Source: Eledone cirrhosa
Lineage: Eukaryota
Assembly: GCA_964016885.1 (NCBI GenBank)
Contig: OZ024740.1
Span: 151,342,001 to 151,406,000 of the forward strand
DNA length: 64,000 bases
Direction of reading: 5' to 3'
The stretch's first letter is position 1. Each line of letters starts with the position of its first letter. The translations under genes and the position numbers were made by a program. Below the pieces are notes generated by a model. That model was not told where the DNA came from and did no database searches. It saw nothing but the letters and a program-made list of their open reading frames with translations. Shown here piece by piece: positions 25,401 through 38,830 of the stretch.

Positions 25401-25836
25401 TTCCTCTATACCACTTTTTTACTTCCTCTTTATCACACATACTCTCTCTGTTTCTCTTTCTCTGTCCCTCTCTATCACTTTCTCTCTATCTGTCTATATA
25501 TATCTCTTTTACCCGCACACACACACGCACCCCCTTTCTCTCCCTCTCTCTCTACATCCTTTTCTAGAAGAAATCGACTGTGTTCAAACCTGGAGAGGAG
25601 ATAGGCACTGCAAGGTTTGAAATGCCCAGATAATGTCGTATGTCACTACGGCGACACCAGGAGTTACGAGACTATACATACCTTCCTAAATAGAGAGAGT
25701 GGGGTAAAACAACACTTCGTATATATATGTCGGGGTTGAGTCTGTGTGCTGTTGAATGAGATTATTGAATTATGACATCGATAGAGGATGTTATTTAGGG
25801 CTCTTTCCATAGAAGCTGTGAAATAGTGGAGTAAAA

Positions 25837-26031
25837 CAGGCATGTCAAACATGCAGCCCTTTACATGCACACCTGGGGCCCGTACAAAGATTTTTACAGC
25901 GCGAGCATGTTTTATCTTCGTAAAAATAGTTGTAATGTGCGCAATTAGTTGTCGTGTGTGGCTGTCAGACAACACATATGTGACCCATGTGGCCCTCTGG
26001 GCGGGGGGGGGGGCTCAATTTGACATACCTG
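25837..26031. mobile_element. hAT (Charlie-like) MITE
   Basis: TIRs caggcatgtcaaa / tttgacatacctg. 8-bp TSD gagtaaaa / gcgtaaaa with one mismatch. Confidence 0.8.
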
Positions 26032-26311
26032 GCGTAAAATGTTTTACTACAGGTCACTTCGAGATGGCAGATATACGATCAATGTAATTCGAGTCATGAC
26101 CAACTAGTCATTTTTATATCACAATATTTTATAAACATAGACTATGAGAACACTTTTTTAAATATTTGATAAGATTGACATGCCAATCTAAACCGGCAAT
26201 ATTTGATAAATTTAAATTCATTTAATGTAACAAATATAAAATTATTTATTCCTTGGATTTAAGAAGAAAAATCTTTAAATATACTCATGTGATTTTCTAG
26301 TTTTAACTTTT

Positions 26312-26350
<39 letters not shown>

Positions 26351-26353
<3 letters not shown>

Positions 26354-26530
26354 ACCTTTGAGAGCCCCTACATGGACACACTAGAAGAGGAAGACCAAGG
26401 TTAACGTATGTTGATGCCCTAAGGACAGACATTGGTCTGTTGGAGACGTAGGACATGGCAGCGATAATGAGGGACAGAGACCGCTGGAGAGAACTCGTCC
26501 ATGGATCTCGGGAATTTTACCCGCCTTAGA
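26351..26530 (+). mobile_element. RTE-clade LINE 3' fragment in (TA)n
   Basis: Translates EPLHGHTRRGRPRLTYVDALRTDIG..MRDRDRWRELV, a typical RTE C-terminus. Confidence 0.75.
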
Positions 26531-26654
26531 TATATATATATGTCAATGGTAAAATGTTCTTACATTGAGCTATTTCCCTTACTGGTGATAAGGTAGTAAT
26601 AAATTACTGACCTTTCCTGTTTATAGTATATACATAACTATAAATAATATCATT

Positions 26655-26749
26655 ATTAACTTTGCCTTTCATCCCTACAGGGTCGATAAAATAAAGTACC
26701 AGTAATGTCGTGGGTAATTGCTGCCATTGTGCCAAATGTAGAAACAATT

Positions 26750-26765
<16 letters not shown>
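26655..26765 (+). mobile_element. 5'-truncated SINE with (ATT)n tail
   Basis: ttaactttgcctttcatccctacagggtcgataaaataaagtaccag...agaaacaattattatt. Confidence 0.8.
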
Positions 26766-26782
<17 letters not shown>

Positions 26783-28949
26783 TCATAATCTTATTCCTGT
26801 TATTGTTTCGATTATTATTTTTGTTGCAGTTATTGTTATAGTTGTTGTTACAGTTGTTGTTTAGTCTCATATAAGGCCTAATAAAAAGCACTCTAATCTT
26901 GACAATCTCGCCTCATATCCAAAGGTAGTTTATCGAGAAGTACACTATTAAATGTGCCATTTCTTAAAATACTGTTGAGCATAATTTGAGAAAGATTTCG
27001 ATGCTTTTACTAGCAGTTCGGGGACCAATTAAAGGCTTTCCCATGGGCTTTATATTGTTGTTATTGTTGCCGACCAAGATAATGTTGTTAAAGTTCATAT
27101 TATGTTCTACAGGTTTTGACCTATTGGAAATGTTAACCTTCACGTCAGGCTATAAAGGTAAGTAATGTTTTTAAATATCTTCTGGTTATACACACACCCA
27201 CAGACACAATATTCCCTCGATCTCACGCCTCGCTATCTATATTTTTATTACATACACCTCTCTCTTCTTTTATATACTTTACTCTGTTCTTCTTGCATAA
27301 ACGTACATACATACACCTTGCACTTAACGATAAACATCGTACACTCACACATGAAAACATCTACTCACATATATATAATCAGTTCACACACACCCACGCA
27401 CAAACTTACATGTGTATGCACATATGTGGGAGAACAGAGAGAAGGAGAGCGAAAAAGAGCGAGGGATGTGAATGTGGAGAGAGAGGTGAGGGAGAAGAGG
27501 GAGGAGAAGGAGGTGAGTGAGGAGAGAGAAGACTGACAGAGAAAAGGAGTGAAAGAAGCCGTCAACAATACAGAGAATATTTATCCGTTTTATGTAAAAT
27601 AAATGACATTCATTTATACTCTGGATGTTTGGGGACCACGCCTGCTAGAAATGACAAAGCATCGATTAAGACTGCGTTAAAACAAGCTTTAAATCTGTTT
27701 GGTGAAGTCTTATTTTTTTTTTCTCTTTTTGTTTTCACAGTGCCCGACGTGACCCCGTCATCTAGCCTATGTCTGCTTTTAATGGAATTCGTTTTGTTGC
27801 AAGCATTCGGATGAGGCTCCTAGTAGATGGTTATAGCCACCTGGCGCCGCACCAAAATGGTAAAACTAAACCTGCTGGATGATTCTCCTTCTTCTCTGAT
27901 ATCCTTGAATTCTGTTCCAGCCTAAATCTCACATATTAACCCTTTCTAATACTTAAACTGCACGTACTATTCCTCTTCTAGATACAGATCCATCCATATG
28001 CATCTATAGTCCACTTCTGCTTTTCAGACCACAAACTTTATTCAAACACCACATAAAATTACTTTTATGCTCTAGACTCCCGTCTAGCCGATACACATCC
28101 CAAACATCCACGGTCTTTTATCATCTCCAAATACAAGACGATAACCATCGGTGATTCTTAGGTCGTTTGCTACTGCCTTATGATTACCTTCCCCATATCC
28201 ACATGCTACAAAACGCCCTGACCTCCAGGAGCTTAGAGAATTTCAAGTCAACTGACTGATCAGAGCTCCGCTAGTTCAATGGTAACTGTGACCGATCAGA
28301 AACAACTAAGTGAGTGACTGAAACCATCATCTTCAGTATATCACTCCACATCCTACATAAAACCAAAATTCTCAATTACAAATACCTCAAGTAATTCATT
28401 CACAGACAAAAAACAAACAACAAAAGAAAAACACCTACAGCACTTGGTAACACATCAACATCAAAGCGGCATGCATATGTAACTTCGACACATCGTGTTA
28501 AATCTACATTGACTTTCTGAACATCACAATTCATCAATTGCCTCCAGTCATGAAAATGTTGTCTCCTTCAATAGCACGCACACAGTCAACACCCACACAG
28601 ATACACAAACTCACATACCCACACTAAATCAATAACTACACATATCAATAAAACATTTCATCTCATTCCACTTAAACATGAACACTACGCTACTAAAATA
28701 TTGAAGATCGCACCAAATGTTACGCTTGACTATCACTGAGGATCTCTTTTGACAAACGCATCCTTTACATAATAAATAATACATCTCAAATACTGGCCTA
28801 CCTCTTCACGGTAAAAATATTGCTTCACCCTCACTACAGCCATTAACACTCTACATGTTTCAGATGAAGTCTATATTGAAGTACTGTTAATACATTTCAC
28901 GTAGTCCTGCATTTACACACAGACACACTGAACCACACCTTCCAGTCTC

Positions 28950-29495
28950 CTCCTCCTTCTTGTTTTTTTTTCATCACCCACTTATTCCTGAGAGGACCAT
29001 AGGGGAAGAGGCCACAAGTACGCCTTCCGGGGGATCCTGTCAGAAACAACCATCTTCAATTGATCTGTCTGGATCACCAAGCGAGACGAGCCGAGCTCAT
29101 GCATGTTATCCAACCATCTTATTCGTGTTATACCCCTAGGTCTCCTGCCAGTTGGTTTGCGTGATACTGTCTGCCTGGTACATTCTGGCCACATGTCCAT
29201 TGTATCGAAGTTGTGATCTCTCAATGCCTTGGTTTCAGCATTTGCTAATCAGAAGAAAGTAGGTCGATGTAAACGCCGAACTCATGATCTTCAATTCGGT
29301 ATTCGTAACAATCCTTATTTATGGTCATGAATCTTGGGTAATGACCGAAAGAATACGATCACGAAACAAGCGGCCGAAATTGGGTTCCTCCGAAGGGTCT
29401 TTGGAGTAATGTTACGCGTTAGAGTGCGTAACTCGGTGATCAATGAGTCGTTCCAGATAGAGTCGCTACTTATCGGAATTGAGAGATCACAGCAG
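28950..29495 (-). mobile_element. RTE-clade LINE 3' end with an inverted upstream segment
   Basis: Minus 28982-29224 gives PTGRRPRG..RIRWLD..LG. Plus 29270-29490 gives YGHESWVMT..AAEIGFLRRVFG..VRNSVI..IERSQ. Confidence 0.85.
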
Positions 29496-31398
29496 CACGA
29501 CATCACACCTCCCAAAAATCCATTTCACAGATTCGCAAGTAGTGACCTGCAAACACATTTTAACGTTTGACCCACAAACTTATTCTCTTTTCATTTTGCC
29601 TTTTCTACCGCTACAAATGCAGCCTTTGTTCGTCGGGGTGGTCTGTCGTTGTGGCACGTCCACTAGGAAATGTTCGTGTTACTTGTTTCACCTCCAGTTT
29701 CAACCCTATAGTGTGCACCACTTCAAATTCCGCAGTAACTACTTAATCCAGCTAGAATATCGTTCTCCGAGCGGCACCCCTCTGACATTTCTTGTTTGCA
29801 CATATTCCACTTACAGCTGTCGTCTTGCAGTAATTTAATCGGAATCTTAACTGTAACAATCTAACCGGTTCGCAAGAGTCTACAAAAACCATGACCATAG
29901 CATCCACCTCCAGGTTAAGGCCATAATAAAAAAGAAGGTAGGTCAATTATGCCAAATTAGAAAGTTGACCTACTAGGTATTAGTGAGAAAATATACCTAG
30001 TCCCGGCCGAATGTCACTCGAATTTTCATCAGCCGCTGTTGCTTGGGGTTAAAATTATTCTTAACGGTTATTTTCTCTGTTGTTCTAAACTAATTGCTGC
30101 TCCGCGTAATTGTTGTTGGTAAACTGTGAAATCCCTAGTGAATTTCATATGTAATTTTAATTAACTGAATAGTTGAGGGTGAGCCCTCCCCTCGTTGTTT
30201 TTACATGAATTAGTCGTGTAGATAATGATTATTCTCATCACTATGACTGTAATTTGTATTTATCAAAATTCCTTACTACATCGTTACAATACATACAGTA
30301 GCCGTTCTTGAGTATTTTGTCTGTGGTTCTCTTAAAACGTTTATAGTTCAGTCTCCTCGGTATACGTATTTTTATTTTAGTTTGAGTAGCAGTATCATCT
30401 GCTATGCTATCATCTTCACAGCGACACTAGCATATATAAAAATAGTGTCTGGGCTATAAACTAAACTTATGATAGCTCAATACCAATAATTCCATTATTT
30501 TCAATATTGATATTTATAAATTGCATCTCACTATAAAAGACAGCTTTGGCTATAAACTAAGCTCACAGCATTGATTACAGCTGTGGTTTAATCTGTCAGT
30601 GTAACTTCACTATGAAACTGACAAATATTTATGTTACATAAAATGACACGCTATTAAAAAAATACATTCTGAGGTGTAGAACACGATGGTAAGAGCTCAG
30701 TAGCTATAGTTAGTTTCTTGTCATGACATCACCTTCACAATAAGACTAACATATATTCATGTTTGCAGGTAACAAACAGTAAAAAACATTCCGGACAATA
30801 AACCAAGATTATGATAGTGAGATAGCTACCGTATACTTTTCTCTGTTGTGGTGATATCTGATATAACGTTAACTTGGCGAAAGCAGCTTAACACAGGGTT
30901 AAATATATTTAAATATACCATGTGAGTATATATATCCTGAAATATTCCAGATGAGAAAATGATGGAACTAATGACAAAAAGCATATTATGACAAAAAGCA
31001 TATTTCTACTGTAGTTATACATAATCTGTCAAGATATTCTGGAGACCAAATATGGAAGTAATTTTCTCTTCAATTTATTTGTCAGCATGTTATGGCGTTC
31101 CTATTTCATTTCTCTTTCTTTTAAAAGTTTCTTTTATTTAGTCGCTTTCTTCTCATGGTATATTAGTTCATTTCTATTTAGTATCTGTTACTTATGTGTT
31201 TGTGAGTGTATGTATATGAATATATATATACATATATATATATGTATAAATATATATAGATGACTCCAGTTCCCCAGATATAGATGACTCCAGTTCCCCA
31301 GTGAATTAACAACCCAGCAAGGAACTGGGCATATCAGAGAATTGACAATATCATACACCTAAACAACATATGTACTTGTCTATACCATACTAATACAA

Positions 31399-31453
31399 AC
31401 TGCCTGAAGAGGTCACAGCCAAAGATGGCTGTCACTGAAATATATATAGTAGT
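31399..31453 (+). ncRNA. Type I hammerhead ribozyme in a solo pLTR-like segment (~31310-31600)
   Basis: actgc CTGAAGA ggtcacagcca aaga tggctgtcact GAAA tatata TA gtagt, then aataaa. Palindromic stem III. Confidence 0.85.
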
Positions 31454-31647
31454 AATAAACGAAGCTAAATTTTAATCATTTGACTTTTATTTAACTTTAT
31501 TTTACACTACTCCGGAGTAACCAAACCAACCTGCGCACTTCGTCGAGTGCTCCAGCCTGCATACTGAGGTGTTGGTATACAACCAACATAAACTCAAAAT
31601 CTATGTATAAATATATATATATATATATATATAAATATATATATATG

Positions 31648-31758
<111 letters not shown>

Positions 31759-31773
31759 ATAATAATAAATTTG

Positions 31774-31944
31774 AAGACTAAAATTCAAAGAGGGCTCGAT
31801 AAGGATAAATATATATCAAATATATAAGAACCGTAGAGCAAATATTTATTAAAATAACAGATTAAAGTTTAAGCAAATAATCGGTGCTTTCAAAGGGTGA
31901 AAGCAGTGATTATTTGCTTAAACTTTAATCTGTTATTTTAATAA

Positions 31945-31946
<2 letters not shown>
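31774..31946. mobile_element. Ultra-short P2-family Penelope insertion forming a fold-back palindrome
   Basis: 39-bp perfect arms at 31844-31882 / 31908-31946. Arms match 17066-17110, and 31774-31822 matches the reverse complement of 19255-19298. Confidence 0.8.
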
Positions 31947-32006
<60 letters not shown>

Positions 32007-32220
32007 ATACTTGGGGAGGGTCATATTTGCGTAATATTGCCAGAATTAATAACAGAACACACTCACTGTTTGGTTGGTTTTCGCTTCTCGCTGTCTTTTA
32101 TTATATCTGCGATCTAACTTACTCGGTCCTCAATGTTGCCATTGACTGACCGGCGGTCAAAAATAATACAGATACAATATAGACACAAACACATATATAT
32201 ATATATAGTTTACATAATTT

Positions 32221-32260
32221 ACATAAATCTTTCGTTGCACATCTGCAATATCGTCAGTGG
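32221..32260 (-). ncRNA. Degenerate minimal hammerhead (P3 pLTR)
   Basis: cca CTGACGA ta ttgca gatg tgcaa c GAAA gatt TA tg. Stems I and III are weak. Confidence 0.5.
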
Positions 32261-32538
32261 TGTTATATTCATTGTTCCTCCTGTTGTGTTGTATGCCTAC
32301 GCCATTTTTTATTCAGTCTGTCTATATATTTATTTATTTATTTGCTTGTTTGTTTATCTTATTTTATTTTGTCTTCTTTGCGCATGCGTTTGCGTGTGTG
32401 TATAGTGTTATGTGTGATGTGTGACTAGTGTGTATAGTGTTGTGTCTGCTGGGTGACTAGTGTGTGTTTATGTGCTTGTTGTTATTGTGCTTGTGTATGT
32501 ATTTATTTATCTTATTTTATTTAATTTTATTTACTTAT

Positions 32539-34809
32539 TTATACTTCTCTTAGGTCAGTGTTGTTTGTTTGGGTGTTGTTGTTCCACTCATTCTTTCTGT
32601 TTAGCTTTGGTCTTCTAATTTCTATTTCACTGGCCTCTCTGATTTGCCTATCTGCTGGGTCATTCCTATGTTTAGATATTATTCTAATTTCTATGTTGTC
32701 TATGTTACCGTCATGTTGTTGTCTAGCATGTTCGTATAGTACTGACCCGTTTGTTCGTCCTTTTAGTTCCCCCCAGTGTTGGTCTATCCTTTCACCTATG
32801 CTACGAGCTGTCTCACCTATGTATGTTGTTGTCATGTTTCTGCAAGTACCCTCTGTACATCTTATGCTATAGACTACGTTTCTAGTTTTACAGTTTATCC
32901 GGGGCTTCACCTTACATATGATACACTTCCTATTGGTACAGTGGGTTTTCTTAAAAGGGTAGGTTTTGCTGATCAGGGATTTTATGGTGGTTCCTGGCTT
33001 TTATACCACCTTTATTTTTTAAGTGGGTCTTTCTCAGGGCCTTTCTACACTGGTTAGCTAATTTCCCTCCAGGGGTGGCGTCCACAAACATGACACTCTG
33101 ATATCTCTGGTTGTCGTACCATGATGTGGCCTTCCCTATCTTATGTCTAGCCCTATCTAAGCTATTCCATGATTTGCTCCTGTATAGTGGGCAGATTCCT
33201 TTCATGTCCAGTTCTATGAGGGTCTTATACTTTTCCATGGCTCCTTCGTATACTCTGACTCTGTCTCTTTGGTTGTAGCCAGAGAACTGCATGCGGTTGA
33301 TGAAGTGTTGGATGTGTCCTTCCATTTCTGTTGGGTCGCACATGCTGGACACATTCTTCATCACTCGTACCAAATCTGCGATCAGAATATTAAACTTAGC
33401 ACTACTGGACATTGCTGAGTTTTTGAGTATCAGGTATTTGGAGGCCATGGGTTTAGCATAGTGTGAGTGGAGAATTTGGGCTCTCTCGTCTATAGTGTTA
33501 ATCCAGAGTTCTGTGTCTAATACAGGTAGTCTATTGTTAGGGTGTTTGGAAGGGAAGTCTATAGTTACAGTTATACTCTGGTGTATGGAATTAGCTATCT
33601 GCTGGATGCTTTCCATCGTGCTACGTTCTAAATCGAACTTGTTAGTGCTCTCTAGTGGGGGTGTTCTTATAACTATATTGATATCATCTACATAACGAGA
33701 GTACATGATGAGGTCTATGGAGCTTTCATTAAGGAGATCTTTAAGTCTCCTTTCCCACCATACCATGAAAAGGTTGGCAACATCACCAGCTATGCTGACG
33801 CCGATGGCTGCTCCATCATTTTGGGTGTAGATTTTCTCATTGAACTTAAATATGTGGCCCTTTAGGGTAGTTTTGATACTAGCCTCTATTGCATGTGCGA
33901 CCATTTTTCTTACCTGATCAGTGTTTTGGGGGGTCCGTATGGCTTTGGTCCACCCAATCCACCTTCCTATGGGAGTCTTTTTAGCCATTGAGGTTATGGT
34001 GGGGGGTCTACCTCTTATAGGTCTACTAGGGCAGAAACATCTAAGGTCATGGCTGTCTAGGTAGTCAGTGTCGTAGGTAAGTCTAAGTAGGAGGCCCAGT
34101 TCGTCTGTGTCGACGTCGCAGAACTCCACCTCACTCTCAATGATCATCTCCACACATCTTTTCACAGCAAAATCAATGTTAATGGATGGGTACAGTGACA
34201 CTACATCCATGCTGCCTATTATGCAGTTGGATAGGCTCCTGTTTTTGTTGCACTCACTGATTCTGCTGAGGAGGTCCTCTGTACTTTCACATACATCTGG
34301 GGACATCTTGATTATGGAGCGTATAACCATTGAGAGGAAGTAGGAGATCCTGTAGTTGCTAGCTATATTAGCTCCGCATACGGGTCTTGTTGGTGGTCCT
34401 GTTGTCGGGTCGTCGACTGTCTTGTGGTCTTTGCGGAGCCCATACAAGGGTGGTATGCCATTGTTAGACGCCTGGAAGTTGTTGGCAGTGCGTCTGCTTG
34501 GCTTTAGGATGTCAGTCCACATCATCATGTGAGCGTTGAGGATTTTTTCTCTCCCATCGTGTGTTATTTGTGCAACTTCGCTCGTGTTGGTGATGTGGGG
34601 TTGCATTGCCTCGATGTAGTTCGGCATGCTATCTATTGACATCCTACCAGACTTATCTGTGGGTAGACACACTACCTCACCATCCCTTGTGCGCTGCTTG
34701 AGGCTAACCAAGCCTTCTACAGGTTTTCTCCCAAGTTGTTGGGCCTCTGGTCTGCTCTGTCTCATAGTGTACCTGTCTACTACCTGTCTAATCTTATTTC
34801 TAGCTATGG
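32539..34809 (-). pseudogene. Penelope-like RT + GIY-YIG, one frameshift near 33020
   Basis: [48 protein letters not shown], linker CTNRKCIIC, NVVYSIRC..YIGET.R..ERIDQH. Confidence 0.9.
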
Positions 34810-34842
<33 letters not shown>

Positions 34843-34849
34843 GTATATA

Positions 34850-34930
<81 letters not shown>

Positions 34931-35633
34931 ATATCTATATATATATATATATATATATATATGGCGAGAGAGAGAGAGAGAAGGGGGAGAAAGGGAACGA
35001 GAGAGAGTGTGAGAGTGACAAAGAGAGACTGAAAGGTGAGAGAGCATGAATTACAATATTTTCTATCTTTTCAAAGTTTTAACTTGCGTTATACACCTTT
35101 GTTGTGCTAATAAATTTACCTTCGTTTCCTTTTACTTTTGTCGGACTTTTACGATTATTTCATAATTATTTTCTGTTTGTACACTGCCATTTTCCATCTG
35201 TCACAGCCTGAGAGATATATTCTCTGTGTATAAACCATCGTGTGAACGTAATTCCGTATGAAGGTAATAACTTTTTTCCTTTCTGCCTACAGTTTTCAAT
35301 TTATCATAGAGTTATTACTGGAATAACGTCGGTATTTATACCAATTATCTTCTTTCGAACATTGGCCTCCGTATTTAATATAGCTCGCTTATAGCAGCCT
35401 TTATAAACATTTACATTCATTTGTATATGTTGCATTTTATCGGTTACATCTGATCTGCTCCATGTATTTTTATGGCAGCTCCTGTTCAAAAGTCTTTGAT
35501 TTTTGTTTCGAAGTTTTACAATATTTATGACTTTTTGTGAATTAACATAGTTTTTCGATCAGTTCAGAACGTTATTATGATATGCAACAGAAGCAGCAAC
35601 AGTAGCAGCAGCAACAGTAGCAGCAGCAGAAAC

Positions 35634-35664
<31 letters not shown>

Positions 35665-35756
35665 TATTTGTGATGTAATTTTTATTACTGTAATCAGTTT
35701 GTAATATAATATAGTAATCAATACTTTCCATTTTCCAAAAGATTTTTTAACAAATA

Positions 35757-35958
35757 ATAATTGTTTCTGTTTTTAGCACAAGGCCAGAAATTACCCAGTG
35801 CATTACTGGTACTTTATTTTATCAACGCCGTTAGGATGAAAGGGAAAGTTAACCTCAGCAGGATTTGAGGATTTGAACTCAGATCATAAAGGGCCGTAAC
35901 TCTATGCTGCAGAGCATGGCGTTCGACCCCATACCGATACTGCCAATCCACCGCCCTT
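35757..35958 (-). mobile_element. tRNA-derived SINE copy
   Basis: Family consensus match. Confidence 0.87.
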
Positions 35959-35984
35959 AACAAATAATAATGATGATAATAATA

Positions 35985-38400
35985 ATTCTGTGTTGGGCAG
36001 TAAGTAGGGCCGAAAGACAAGGGACAATACAAACGGAAAAGGACAGTGGGGTTTTACAAATAATTAATCGTGTAAACAAAAGAAAAACAGGTAACAAAAT
36101 AACAATGAATTAAAACAACAGTATTCGACCAAGGGGTAATTTAGGAGCACAACAGATCCGAAAGTACCCTAATTGCCGAGAGCACCTTAGGAATATATCT
36201 TCTTCCTCACCAGCCTATAGTCTTGGCTCATTCACTCGGGCCAACCTCACTACATTCATCTCAGCCACCAGACAGAGGAAAATTGCCTGCCCTTACCGAC
36301 CAAATGAAAGCAGTGGCACTAGATGACGGAAGTGATGTACGTGTTCGCCACCTGGACTCAATGTTTCAGGGGCAGCTTCTGGAGGATTGTGATCACATTG
36401 TTCATTATCTCGTCCAAGTTTCTATCCACGTGGAGGTCCTAACCGAACTTGACAGGTCCATCAGTCTAGCTTCTCTCCGAACTCAAATCACACCGACACT
36501 GGGGTGTTTTTACCACGTTGCACCTCGAACAACTTTCGTTCCTTCGTGTCTCAGAGCAGGTGCTAGAGCTCTGGCAATGCAACCTTAGTGTTCCGCATTG
36601 AAGAAATGGTCCAGACCCATTCTCGCAGCTAGCACGTCGCTTACAATGCTACGCCTGATCCCCTCTTCTAGTTTAGTTACAACCTCTCCCTCTGCGCTAT
36701 GCTTTTCTATCGCTATTTGTTTAATGAAAAATATTGATTCTACTATAATTGCTCTCTTCAGAGCACTCCACCACCTGTTTTTGATAATTGCTCCTCTTAA
36801 TAGTTGCTTACTTAATATGTTAATCCGGTTTCCGTAGGCATTATACATCAGGAATGACGCAAAAATCTCCCAGTAGTTGGCTTTCTATCTACGTGTCTAT
36901 CTATGTCTACCATTACAAATATATTATCTGAATAAGCGACCGATTATAGCTGCAGACACGTGAATCTATCGATATTTCCTATTGTAATGAAAACACCTAT
37001 CCAAATACGATCTAGATGACCCTATGCAATGGCACTATGTCCACACTCGTCTCATCAGGTTCTTGGGACTTTTCCACCACCGCTTCTACCTGCTACTTCC
37101 ACATAGTCACAGCGTGCGGCTAGGATGCTGTTCTACTCCTCACTAACAGAAACGGGTGAAACGTTCCAAGGAAAGCTTCCAGATACATGAAAAGACTCTA
37201 TTCGTCCTGCCTCAGTCGAGACATATACGGCCACCAGCTAAATACGCTACCGTCGCTATTCCTTATATTCAGCACCACCAACTTACCATCAAATTTCAGG
37301 AAGATTGTCCATACATCAAGATTCAGACATTTCTTAAACAGCACTTCCACCCCGCCTCCCATTCCATACCGACTAAGAGATGCGTAGATCTCAAAGTTGT
37401 AAAGCACGGTGGTTAGTGCGTTTGTGTTGGAAATCCTGCTTTCACTGACGGCTGTCACATCTATCATTACTGGTCAAAGGTCGTTTAACAACTGACCTTG
37501 CTTCTAGGATGACCCCCAAGCCACGTACATTCATGCAATCAACTCTGTAAATTGCCTTGTTGGCTGGAAAGCGTTAAGAGATAAAAAGGATTCTACGTAC
37601 CTGCAGGCGCTCTTGGAGGTCGGGTGATTCAATTTCCATATTTGGGTTACATTAAAGGTTCCCACCCGTAGGGGAAACTTTTTTTAATGTGTTTGTATGT
37701 CTCAAGAGACATGCACATTATTATTAGAGATTGTAACACTTTAAACGTACTGGTGACAAACACACGCGCTTCTCTCACAATATCCTCATTTCGTGCTATG
37801 AGGGCCATCAATACATTTTGGCCCTTCTCACTAGCACGGAATTTGGTGTCTGTGTGGTTGGTTGTTGTTGTGTGCGTTTTTCTTTTATTGGCAGATGTGG
37901 TTGTCGTAGTGTTCGTGGAAGTAGTAGTGGTTGCGTTGACGTTTGTGGTGTTGGTGTGGTTGTTGTATTGTGTCAGTATGAGTTGTGTGTAATAGTGTAA
38001 GACAAGATGTTTTCTGGTTTTGTTTTTGTTTTGTTTGGGGGGTTCTTCCTTATCTTCACGTCAAGATGGGGAGATAGTGATGTCTGTGGGGTTTGACTCA
38101 GATATGGGTGGCAGTGTGTTTGCGTTTATAGAGGACGCAGAGAGAGAGTGGGAAAATTTCGTTGGGAGACTCATAGGTGTTTTAAACTGTGTTTGTTGTC
38201 TGTTTTGTTCTGCTGTTGGGGTTTGTGGTGGTGCCTCTGTCGCTGCTGTTGGTGAGGTAGTTGATGTTGCTGTTGTTGGTTCTGCTGCTGCAGTTGCTGG
38301 TTTTGCAGTCATTGTTGTTGATATAGCTGCTGCCCTCAGGGTTAGTGCCGCTAATGTTGTTCGCTGTTAGTGTTGTTGTTGTAGCCATTAGGACCCAGTT
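35985..38400 (-). mobile_element. Tx1 LINE copy D, heavily deleted (ORF1 remnant, endonuclease, then 3' UTR)
   Basis: IDVTAVSESRIS..GGGVEVLFKK..GKLVVL and NRWWSALKRAI. 3' end tgtaaaaccccactgtcc..tgtattgtccc with (ATT)n tail. Confidence 0.8.
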
Positions 38401-38684
38401 GTGAGCAGCATGTAAAACGTTATTGGTGTGTTAAAATCTGAGATTTGAACAGAAAATAAGTATTAAAAAACACATGAAACCACTTAATACTAGAGCAAGA
38501 TATCATTAGGAAACTAGGTACCTCCAAGTACATCTGAGACACAGCAACCCATAGAGCATCTTCACCGCTCCATCTCATTTCTTTTAGGCATCGTGAGTCT
38601 GTCGTTGCTAAAGGAGAATTGAGCAATTTAACAGTGCAGTATTTGGTAATGGATAAAGTTCATGTTATGAACAGCCTCTTTGTA

Positions 38685-38830
38685 ATGTTTCACATAACAA
38701 GGAAAATCAGGGTGGAGAGGAGAATATTGCTTTCAAGTCAATTTTGTGAAGGGTAGATGAGTGTAGCGAGCATTGTCCTAGTGAACGGGCCTGCGCTGAG
38801 TATAAATCGGGGCTAAAATACTGAGAGAGA
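38685..38830 (+). mobile_element. Tx1 ORF2 C-terminal fragment
   Basis: tttcac..aggaaaatcagggtggagagg..gtgaacgggcctgc matches 44090-44216. Confidence 0.75.

Larger units (their letters stand above)
32001..34809 (-). mobile_element. Penelope-like element P3 (Neptune-like Cys linker), 5'-truncated, in (TA)n
   Basis: RT and GIY-YIG ORFs, degenerate HHR in the 3' region, (TA)n on both sides. Confidence 0.9.

Noticed and set aside
27960-28930. Possible very old Penelope GIY-YIG remnant
   Set aside because: Only vague peptide resemblance in broken frames; cannot be supported without a profile search.
34810-35047. N-terminal extension of the 698-aa ORF
   Set aside because: The frame runs through (TA)n/(GA)n flank by chance. 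The PLE-derived part starts near 34809.
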